The notes beneath the pieces were generated by a model. That model was not told the DNA's origin, did no database searches, and saw only the letters and a program-made list of their open reading frames with translations. From positions 1 to 58,146 of the forward strand of contig CAZYEA010000002.1 in NCBI GenBank assembly GCA_964646485.1: a stretch of 58,146 bases of DNA, given 5' to 3'. The stretch is from an uncultured Acidobacteriota bacterium. GTDB lineage: Bacteria; Acidobacteriota; Vicinamibacteria; Fen-336; JAGNNV01. This document shows positions 18,635 to 25,890 of the stretch, in pieces (within the stretch, counting starts at the first letter, position 1; each line of letters opens with the position of its first letter). The position numbers and the translations under genes were made by a program.

Positions 18635-19542
18635 CACCGCCTGGCCTCGGGCCCGGGGCCGAGGAGATCCTCGATCGAGGCGCGGACGGGCGAGACGCTG
18701 ACGATATGCGCCCCGCGGCGGACAAGGCCGTCGAGAGCCGAGGCAAGCTCGGCCTTGCCGACTCGAAGGGTGGACCGATCTCCCCGGCCTGCCTCGCCCG
18801 GTTGTGCCGTCCCGCGCGGGAGAGTACTCGCGACTTCGAACTCCGAGGGCAGGCCCAGAAGCTCGTCGAGGGTTCCCACCGCGGTCAGGAGGCCGTTCCT
18901 CATGAGCGCCACCCGATCGCAAATGAACTCGGCGTCGGGAACGATGTGGGTTGAAAACAGGATCGAACATCCCTGCGCCTTGAGCTCGAGGAGCAGGTCA
19001 CGGACAAAGCGGCGGCCCAGCGGGTCGAGGCCGGACATCGGTTCGTCCAGCACGAGCAGCTTGGGCTCATTGAGGAGTGCCTGGCCGAGGCCGAGCCGTT
19101 GCATCATGCCTTTGGAGTAGGTGCGGATAGGTCGATCCGCGCTCGCGGTGAGGCCGACGCGCTCAAGCAGCTCGGCAATCCGGACTTTCGAGGAGGCTCG
19201 CTTCTGGTCGAAGAGTTCCGCGCAAAAGGCAAGGAACTCGCGACCCGAAAGATATTCGTAGAAGGAGGGCTGTTCCGGGAGGTATCCGACCTGTGAGCGC
19301 CAGGCGCCGCTGCGCAAAGGAGCGCCCATCAACTCGATATAGCCGGAATCAGGAACGAGCAGTCCAAGCAGGAGCTTGAGGGTGGTGGTCTTTCCGGCTC
19401 CGTTGGCGCCGAGCAGGCCCACAATCTCGCCCTCGGAAACTTTGAGGTCGAGTGGGCCGACGCGAAAACCCGGACCGCGGCGGAAGGGTGTTCGCTGGAC
19501 CTTGACGAGACCCGACAGGGACAGAAACTCTTGGCTTTTCAC
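18634..19542 (-). CDS. ABC transporter ATP-binding protein
   Basis: Walker A GLLGANGAGKTTTLKLL, signature YSKGMMQRLGLGQAL, Walker B LLVLDEPMSGLD, H-loop STHIV. GTG start. Confidence 0.9.
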   Translation of the reverse strand: MKSQEFLSLSGLVKVQRTPFRRGPGFRVGPLDLKVSEGEIVGLLGANGAGKTTTLKLLLGLLVPDSGYIELMGAPLRSGAWRSQVGYLPEQPSFYEYLSGREFLAFCAELFDQKRASSKVRIAELLERVGLTASADRPIRTYSKGMMQRLGLGQALLNEPKLLVLDEPMSGLDPLGRRFVRDLLLELKAQGCSILFSTHIVPDAEFICDRVALMRNGLLTAVGTLDELLGLPSEFEVASTLPRGTAQPGEAGRGDRSTLRVGKAELASALDGLVRRGAHIVSVSPVRASIEDLLGPGPEARR

Positions 19543-19610
19543 GCTTCGCTGGCCTCAAGTCTATTCGGGAACGGGCCACGGCGGCCCGTGCTTCCGAACC
19601 GCCGGTCCGC

Positions 19611-19640
19611 AAAAAAAACCCCGGGCGGTTAAGCCCGGGG
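19611..19640 (-). terminator. rho-independent terminator downstream of pilA
   Basis: Minus strand reads CCCCGGGC-TTAACC-GCCCGGGG followed directly by TTTTTTTT: a perfect 8-bp GC stem, 6-nt loop and T8. A second 6-bp hairpin (GGGCGG-GTTT-CCGCCC) sits at 19650..19665. Confidence 0.8.
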
Positions 19641-19679
19641 TTGCCGAAGGGGCGGAAACCCGCCCATTCAACTATGTCG

Positions 19680-20222
19680 TTACTGGATGACCGTGCAGGT
19701 CGGGCCGAGCTGCCACGCGTTCGCCGCGCCATTCTGGCCGCATTCGAAGGCGCCCGTGATGTTCTGGCAGACGCGACCGGAGGCATCGCCGCCGAAGCCG
19801 CGAACGCCGGTCTGGTTCTGAGTGGTGGGCGTAGCGTCGTAGCAGAAGCCGTCAACAACACCCAAGAGCGTGGTGGGGAGGGGCGCCGCGATATTGCCGG
19901 GAGTGAACGAGCGGTTGTAGCCGCTCTTCGGGGTCAGACCAGTGATGGTCGGGTCCGCGAAAGTCGGCGCGTTGGCGGGATAGTTGACGATGCAGGTGGC
20001 CGGAGTGTTGAGGCAGGCGATGGGCGCGTACCAGCCGTTTGCGGCGGACTGGAAGGCGGCCTGGGCCGAGATGACGGAGCGGATGTCGCCGATCGTGCCG
20101 GCCTCGTTCGCGGAGACGCGAGCGCGGAGGAGAGAGGGAATCGCGATAGCGGCGATGATGCCGATGATCGCAACGACGATCAGGAGCTCGATGAGCGTGA
20201 AGCCTTTTTGATTCTTTTTCAT
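19680..20222 (-). CDS. pilA: major type IVa pilin
   Basis: MKKNQKG/FTLIELLIVVAIIGIIAAIAIPSLLRARVSANEAGTIGDIRSVISAQAAF: short basic leader, Gly-Phe cleavage site, Glu5. C-terminal globular part has 6 Cys. The upstream in-frame ATG at 20264 was rejected because it would give an atypically long leader. Confidence 0.9.
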   Translation of the reverse strand: MKKNQKGFTLIELLIVVAIIGIIAAIAIPSLLRARVSANEAGTIGDIRSVISAQAAFQSAANGWYAPIACLNTPATCIVNYPANAPTFADPTITGLTPKSGYNRSFTPGNIAAPLPTTLLGVVDGFCYDATPTTQNQTGVRGFGGDASGRVCQNITGAFECGQNGAANAWQLGPTCTVIQ

Positions 20223-20288
20223 TTGGGAGTCTTTCGAAGGGTTGAAGGTTGACGAGCCAGTCATCTAGCTCGCACTGCGCTCCGAACC

Positions 20289-20304
20289 TGCATGGAGTGT
20301 GCCA
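20289..20304 (-). promoter_or_regulatory. sigma54 (-24/-12) promoter of pilA
   Basis: Minus strand TGGCAC-ACTCC-ATGCA. The GG and GC dinucleotides have the canonical spacing of TGGCAC-N5-TTGCA. It lies about 65 nt upstream of the pilA ATG, with a sigma54 activator gene (pilR) immediately upstream. Confidence 0.65.
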
Positions 20305-20378
20305 ATGTCATCGGGACGTAACCTACTGAAAAGATAGAGAATGTATGGACGAGACAAGGACAAGCTTTGTTTCCCCCC

Positions 20379-20393
20379 GGACAAAATTTGTCC
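20379..20393. promoter_or_regulatory. palindrome GGACAA-AAT-TTGTCC, candidate enhancer (PilR) binding site
   Basis: Perfect 6+6 inverted repeat about 75-90 nt upstream of the -24 element. Additional GACAAG/GACAAG direct repeats and ACAAGCTTTGT lie at 20353..20371, in the least GC-rich stretch of the window. Confidence 0.4.
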
Positions 20394-20407
20394 CGGAACC
20401 GGGTAAT

Positions 20408-21781
20408 TCAATCCCCTGACTTCTTCGAAAGCAGATATTTGAGGGCACGCTCCGAGATCCCCAGCAACTCGGCGGCCTCCGCCCGACGGTCGTCGGCGAG
20501 TTCCATAGCGCGCTTCACCAGTTGAGACTCGGTGCGCTTGAGGTACTCGTTGAGGGAGAAGCCTGGATAGGGCTCCGGTACCGCCTGTTCCCGGCCCGGG
20601 CTCGCGAGAGACAGGTCTCGCGGCCCCACGACCTCTCCCGAGGCCAGAGTGAGGGCACGCTCCACCACATTTTCGAGCTCGCGGACATTCCCCGCCCAGG
20701 AGTGTCGCATGAGCGCGGACATAGCCGCTGGGGAGAAAGGACGTTTGGGGAGGCCCGACTGGAAGAGGCGGCTCGAAAACTCCGCAACCAGAAGGGGGAT
20801 GTCGTCGGGGCGCTCGCGCAGCGGGGGCAGAGAAACCTGGATCACGTCGATGCGGTAGTACAAGTCCTCGCGGAAGGCGCCTTCGCGAACCATCTGCATG
20901 AGGTCGCGGTGGGTGGCCGCAATCACGCGGACATCGACCGGCGTTTCTTCGGCGCCGCCCACCCGGCGCACCCGGCGCTCCTGAATCACTCGCAGGAGCT
21001 TGACTTGCATGCCCAGGGACATCTCGGCGATTTCGTCGAGAAAGAGCGTTCCCTGGTGCGCCTGTTCGAAGACACCCTCGCGCGACTGGCGCGCGTCGGT
21101 GAAGGCGCCTTTCACGTGGCCGAACAATTCGCTTTCGAGCAGGGACTCGGCGATGGCCCCGCAGTTGACGGCCACAAACGGGCGGTGCTTCCGGGGCGAG
21201 AGATCGTGAATCGCGCGGGCCGCGAGCTCCTTGCCGGTCCCGCTCTCCCCCACGATCAGCACCGTGGATGAGGAGCCGGCCACGGCACGGATGCGCTCAA
21301 TCACCGAACGCATGGCCGCGGATTTGCCGATCAGGCCCTGGATTCCCGCGCGCGCCCCCACCTGGGCGCGCAGTTCGCGGTTCTCGCGCCGCAGATGGGC
21401 GCCTTCGATCGCCTGGCGCGCGCGAATGCGGAGCTCGTCGAGGTCGAAGGGCTTGGTCAGGTAGTCGTGGGCCCCGAGCTTCATCGCCGCGACCGCGGTA
21501 TCCGCGGAGCCGTGGGCGGTCAACACGATCACCGCGGTTTCCGGGGAATCCTCGCGCACGCGGCGAAGAACGGACAGCCCGTCGCCGTCGGGAAGCTGGA
21601 GATCCGTCACCACCAGGTCCCAGTGTTCCGAAAGCTGGGACATGGCCTCGACCTGCCCGGCCGCCACCCCGACCTCGAAGCCCGCGCGGGTCAGGCCGAG
21701 CTTCAGGACATCGCGAAGGGAGGGCTCGTCGTCGACGACGAGGATCCGGCCGTCCGGCTCACGCGAAGCGGCCTCGCTCAC
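20408..21781 (-). CDS. pilR: sigma54-dependent response regulator PilR
   Basis: Receiver (RILVVDDEPSLRDVL..LVVTDLQLPDGDG), AAA+ (VGESGTGKELAARAIH, GAFTDA, ESELFGH), C-terminal HTH (AAELLGISERALKYLL). The GTG start overlaps the pilS stop (GTGA). Confidence 0.9.
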   Translation of the reverse strand: MSEAASREPDGRILVVDDEPSLRDVLKLGLTRAGFEVGVAAGQVEAMSQLSEHWDLVVTDLQLPDGDGLSVLRRVREDSPETAVIVLTAHGSADTAVAAMKLGAHDYLTKPFDLDELRIRARQAIEGAHLRRENRELRAQVGARAGIQGLIGKSAAMRSVIERIRAVAGSSSTVLIVGESGTGKELAARAIHDLSPRKHRPFVAVNCGAIAESLLESELFGHVKGAFTDARQSREGVFEQAHQGTLFLDEIAEMSLGMQVKLLRVIQERRVRRVGGAEETPVDVRVIAATHRDLMQMVREGAFREDLYYRIDVIQVSLPPLRERPDDIPLLVAEFSSRLFQSGLPKRPFSPAAMSALMRHSWAGNVRELENVVERALTLASGEVVGPRDLSLASPGREQAVPEPYPGFSLNEYLKRTESQLVKRAMELADDRRAEAAELLGISERALKYLLSKKSGD

Positions 21782-23433
21782 GCCACCGCTCCCGAAGCGC
21801 CCGCGCGCGCGGCCTGGGGATGGACCTCGGCGAGCAGGCGAATGCGGACCCTGGTGCCTCTCGCGGGCTCGGACGATATGAGCAGGTCGCCGCCCCGCGC
21901 CCGTACCAGGCGATGCGCAATGGCCAGACCGAGGCCGGTGCCCATGGCCTTGCTCGTGCGCAGGGGCTCGAAGAGCTGGGCGAGGCGACGGCGCTCCATG
22001 CCCTGACCCTCGTCGGCAACCTCCACTTCCAGATACTCATCGAGGTCGCGGATGGTGAAGGCCAGAGTCCCGCCCTGGGGCATGGCCTCGAGACCGTTGC
22101 GAGCGAGGTTCCAGACCACCTGCATCAACTCTTCCTCGGCGATCGAAACCCGCACCGGGCGCGGGTGGGGAGTGAAGCTGATGATGTGCTCCGGACGTCT
22201 CTCCGGGCTGATCTCGATAAGCCTCACCGCGTCCCTCAGCACACCGTTGAGGTCGCAGTAGACGGCCGGGTCGTGGGTCTTCACTTCGCGGAGATAGGAG
22301 GTGACGGTGGAGGCCAGGCGTTCGGCCTCTTTGGAAATGATGCGAAGCAGATCCTTCTGGTCCTCGGCGATGGGCGAGGCCTCGGAGAGGAGCTTGGTGG
22401 CCGCGCTGATGGCGCCCAGGGGGTTGCGGATCTCGTGGGCGAGCTGGGCCGCGGCGCTGCCCGCGACCGCGAGCTTCTCGTTCAGCAGGGCCTGCGCCTC
22501 GAGCCGACGCACTTCGGTGAGGTCGCGAATGACCAGGAGGCGCCCGCCCGGCGCCGCGTCGGAAAGCTCCGAGATCCACAGGCCCAGGGTCCGCAGATCT
22601 CCGTCGCCGCGCACGTGTTCGAGTTCGAGCGTGGTTTCAGACCCCGGCTGCGCGCGCGCGCGAAGCTCCGGCGAATTGAAGAGCTCGTCGACCGAGCGGC
22701 TCTGGAGATTCTCGCGGGTGATGCCCAGCATCTCCGCGACACTCGCGTTTGCGAACGACACCCGGTCGGAATTGTCGGTCACGAGAAGGCCCGAATGGAT
22801 GTTCTCGACCACCAGCCGGTTGAAGTCCTGCAGGGTGGCCACCTCGCCCGCCGCCGCATCGAGGCTCTCTCCCGCGCGCTTGAGGGCGCGGGTGAGAAAC
22901 TGACCGAGAGCCGCCACCGGGAACGAGGAAAGGGCCATCCCGATGAGCGCGCCAAAGAGCGGGCGCAGTTCGCCCCGGGCGATCTGTCCCACGTTCTCCT
23001 CGGGAATGACGTCGGCGCGCACGAGCAGGAGCACGGCGGCAAAGAGAATGTTCGCCACCGTCGCAAAGAAGAAGCCGCGACCGAGGAGCACGCTGCCGCA
23101 CAGGACGCTGATCGGATAGAGGATGGCAAATCCGGTCCGGTCCACGCCGGTCAGGTAGACAAACCCGGTCACCACCAGAAGGTCCCCGAGGATCTGCACC
23201 GTGGCCTGCACCCGATAGGGAGCGGCCGCCATCAGGATGGCGTAGACGAGGTTCAGGGCGAAGGTCGCCGATATGAGGCGGAAGATCGGCGGGCTCAGCG
23301 TCCCCTCTTGAACCGCCTCCAGGTATCCGGCCACGAACAAGAGGACGGTGACGATCACCAGACGGAACCCGATCAGGGCTCCGAGCGAAAACGGAGCGTC
23401 GGGCGATGGTGAGTGATCCGGAAAACGGCGCAT
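21778..23433 (-). CDS. pilS: sensor histidine kinase PilS (multi-TM N-terminus, PAS, HisKA, HATPase)
   Basis: About six N-terminal TM helices, a PAS-like segment (LVVENIHSGLLVTDNSDRVSFANASVAEMLG), H-box AAQLAHEIRNPLGAI, N-box VVWNLARNGLEAM, G-boxes VADEGQGM and TGLGLAIAHRLV. Confidence 0.85.
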   Translation of the reverse strand: MRRFPDHSPSPDAPFSLGALIGFRLVIVTVLLFVAGYLEAVQEGTLSPPIFRLISATFALNLVYAILMAAAPYRVQATVQILGDLLVVTGFVYLTGVDRTGFAILYPISVLCGSVLLGRGFFFATVANILFAAVLLLVRADVIPEENVGQIARGELRPLFGALIGMALSSFPVAALGQFLTRALKRAGESLDAAAGEVATLQDFNRLVVENIHSGLLVTDNSDRVSFANASVAEMLGITRENLQSRSVDELFNSPELRARAQPGSETTLELEHVRGDGDLRTLGLWISELSDAAPGGRLLVIRDLTEVRRLEAQALLNEKLAVAGSAAAQLAHEIRNPLGAISAATKLLSEASPIAEDQKDLLRIISKEAERLASTVTSYLREVKTHDPAVYCDLNGVLRDAVRLIEISPERRPEHIISFTPHPRPVRVSIAEEELMQVVWNLARNGLEAMPQGGTLAFTIRDLDEYLEVEVADEGQGMERRRLAQLFEPLRTSKAMGTGLGLAIAHRLVRARGGDLLISSEPARGTRVRIRLLAEVHPQAARAGASGAVA

Positions 23434-23484
23434 CGATGCGGTCCTCCGGCGACGACGGGGCCGGGGTCAGTCCCGCCCGCGTCT

Positions 23485-24684
23485 CTAGCTCAGTTGCGAG
23501 ATCAGCGAGAAGAGCGGCAGGTACATGGCGATGACGATGCCGCCGACGGTGGTCCCGAGGAACAGGATCATGACCGGCTCCATCAGGGTCAGCATGTTGG
23601 CCACCGCCTGGTCGACCTCGTCCTCGTAGAAGTCGGCGACCTTGGAAAGCATGGCGTCGAGGGCGCCCGTCTGCTCACCGACGCTGATCATCTGGACCAC
23701 CATGCCCGGGAAGATCTTCGTCTCCTTGAGCGGCTGGGCGATCGTGAGGCCGCCTTCGACCGATTTCCGGACCGCCATCAGAGCATCCTCGACGATCGCG
23801 TTGCCCGCGGTCTTGGCCGTGATCTCGATGCCGTCGAGGATGGGCACGCCCGAGGCGATCAAGGTGGACAGGGTGCGGCAGAACTTCGAGACCGCGATCT
23901 TGCGGAACAGGTCGCCGAAGATGGGCATCTTCAGGAGCAGGCCGTCGACCACTCGACGGCCCGAGTAGGTGGCGTAGTACTGGCGGAAGGAGTACTGGAG
24001 CAGGAAACCACCGATGATCAGGAAGGGCATCAGCCGGACGAGGAGGTTCGAGGCGGTGATGACCATCTTCGTGGGCAGTGGCAGCTCGGCCCCGAGACCC
24101 GCGAACATGGCCGCAAAGGTGGGGATGACCTTCCACAAGATGACGCCGATGACGAGGGCCGCGATGCTGATGACGGCCACCGGGTACATCATGGCGCCCT
24201 TGATCTGCGCCTGCAGTTTCACCGACTTCTCGATGTAGGTGGCGAGACGCTTCAGGATGGTATCCAGGATACCGCCCGCCTCACCGGCCGCGATCATGTT
24301 GCAGAAAAGGTCGTCGAAGACCTGCGGATGCTTGCGCATCGAGTCGGCGAGGTTCAAGCCGCTCTCGACATCCTGGCGGGTCGCGATGATGACCTTGGCA
24401 AAATGGGGGTTCTCCTGCTGCGAGCCCAGGATTTCCAGGCACTGCACGAGGGGCAGGCCGGCGTCGATCATGACCGAGAACTGACGGACGAAGATGGAGA
24501 GGAGCTTCGCCGGCACGGACTTGCCGGTGGCCTTGGGGCCGCCCTTCTTTTTCTCCGCGATGGAGGCGATGGTGACGCCTTCCTTGCGCAGCCCAGCAGT
24601 CACCTCGTCGGGGTTGGCGCCCACCCGCTCGCCGGAATAGGGCTTGCCGTCCCGGAATTTGCCTTTGACTATGTAGGTCGGCAT
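23485..24684 (-). CDS. pilC: type IV pilus platform protein PilC (GspF family)
   Basis: MPTYIVKGKFRDGKPYSGERVGANPDEVTAGLRKEGVTIASI.. then two GspF-type repeats (FVRQFSVMIDAGLPLVQCLEIL; FCRTLSTLIASGVPILDGIEI) and three TM helices. Confidence 0.9.
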   Translation of the reverse strand: MPTYIVKGKFRDGKPYSGERVGANPDEVTAGLRKEGVTIASIAEKKKGGPKATGKSVPAKLLSIFVRQFSVMIDAGLPLVQCLEILGSQQENPHFAKVIIATRQDVESGLNLADSMRKHPQVFDDLFCNMIAAGEAGGILDTILKRLATYIEKSVKLQAQIKGAMMYPVAVISIAALVIGVILWKVIPTFAAMFAGLGAELPLPTKMVITASNLLVRLMPFLIIGGFLLQYSFRQYYATYSGRRVVDGLLLKMPIFGDLFRKIAVSKFCRTLSTLIASGVPILDGIEITAKTAGNAIVEDALMAVRKSVEGGLTIAQPLKETKIFPGMVVQMISVGEQTGALDAMLSKVADFYEDEVDQAVANMLTLMEPVMILFLGTTVGGIVIAMYLPLFSLISQLS

Positions 24685-24716
24685 CGGGTCTCTCCTTTAG
24701 TCCTTGGTCTTCAAGA

Positions 24717-25865
24717 TCAACGCGCGGGGGGCCGAGGAGGGGCGCCCGGGCGCCCTGCGGCCCCGGTCGGAGCGTTCGACCCGACGCCGCGGTTGATCAT
24801 GTCCTGAAGCTCATCGGGCAGCGAACTGCGCTGAAGCGCGGTCTGCAGATTGATCTGCTTCGTCTGATAGAGCTGGGCCAGACTCTGATTGAACGTCTGC
24901 ATCCCGAACTTGTCCTGGCCCGTCTGCATGGTGGAGTAGATCTGGTGGATCTTGTCTTCGCGGATCAGGTTGCGGATCGCGGGGTTCGGCACCAGGATTT
25001 CCATGGCCATGGCCCGGCCCTTGCCGGATAGCTTGGGCAGGAGCGCCTGGCAGAGGATTCCTTCGATCGTGAGTGCCAGCTGCGCTCGGACCTGTCCCTG
25101 CTGGTGAGCGGGGAACACGTCGATGACGCGGTTGATGGTCTGGGCCGCGGAGTTCGTGTGCAAGGTCCCGAAGGTCAAGTGGCCGGTTTCCGCGATGCGC
25201 AGCGCCGATTCGATCGTCTCGAGGTCGCGCATCTCACCGACGAGCACGACATCAGGGTCTTCGCGAAGGGCGGCGCGCAGGGCGTTGCTGAAAGAGGCGG
25301 TGTCCTGATGCACCTCGCGCTGATTGACCAGGCAGTTCTTGTGCTGATGCACGAACTCGATCGGGTCCTCGATGGTGAGGATGTGGTCGTGGCGATCCAT
25401 GTTGATCTTGTCGATCATGGCTGCGAGTGTCGTGGACTTGCCCGAGCCGGTGGGACCGGTGACGAGCACGAGGCCGCGGGGCTTCTCCGCGATCTGGGCC
25501 ACCACCGCGGGCAGGGCCAGCTGGTTGAAGGACTTGATCTCCACGGGAATGGTCCGGTAAACGGCGCCCACCGCGCCCCGCTGGAAGAAGTTGTTCGCAC
25601 GAAACCGCGCGAGGCCCTTGATGCCGAAGCTGAAGTCGAGTTCGAGGTTTTCCTCGAAGCGATGCTTTTGTGCGTCGGTCAGCACGCTGTACGCGAGCGT
25701 CTTGGTATCCGACTGCGACATGGGCGAAAACCCCTCGAGCGGATGGAGGTGTCCGTCCACGCGGATCTGCGGGGCCGAGTTCGTGGTGATGTGGAGGTCG
25801 GAACCTCCGCGCTCGACCATCGTCTTGAGCAAGTGGTGCAGTGAAAGTGGTGGGGCGTCGGCCAC
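24717..25865 (-). CDS. pilT: twitching-motility retraction ATPase PilT
   Basis: ..GGSDLHITTNSAPQIRVDG.., Walker A GPTGSGKSTTLAAMI, Asp/His boxes, VGEMRDLETI. The GTG at 25865 is preceded by AAGGAGG (25871..25877, minus) with 5-nt spacing. The track ATG at 25907 would overlap the upstream gene. Confidence 0.9.
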   Translation of the reverse strand: MADAPPLSLHHLLKTMVERGGSDLHITTNSAPQIRVDGHLHPLEGFSPMSQSDTKTLAYSVLTDAQKHRFEENLELDFSFGIKGLARFRANNFFQRGAVGAVYRTIPVEIKSFNQLALPAVVAQIAEKPRGLVLVTGPTGSGKSTTLAAMIDKINMDRHDHILTIEDPIEFVHQHKNCLVNQREVHQDTASFSNALRAALREDPDVVLVGEMRDLETIESALRIAETGHLTFGTLHTNSAAQTINRVIDVFPAHQQGQVRAQLALTIEGILCQALLPKLSGKGRAMAMEILVPNPAIRNLIREDKIHQIYSTMQTGQDKFGMQTFNQSLAQLYQTKQINLQTALQRSSLPDELQDMINRGVGSNAPTGAAGRPGAPPRPPAR

Positions 25866-25890
25866 GACTACCTCCTTATGGGCGCAAAGA

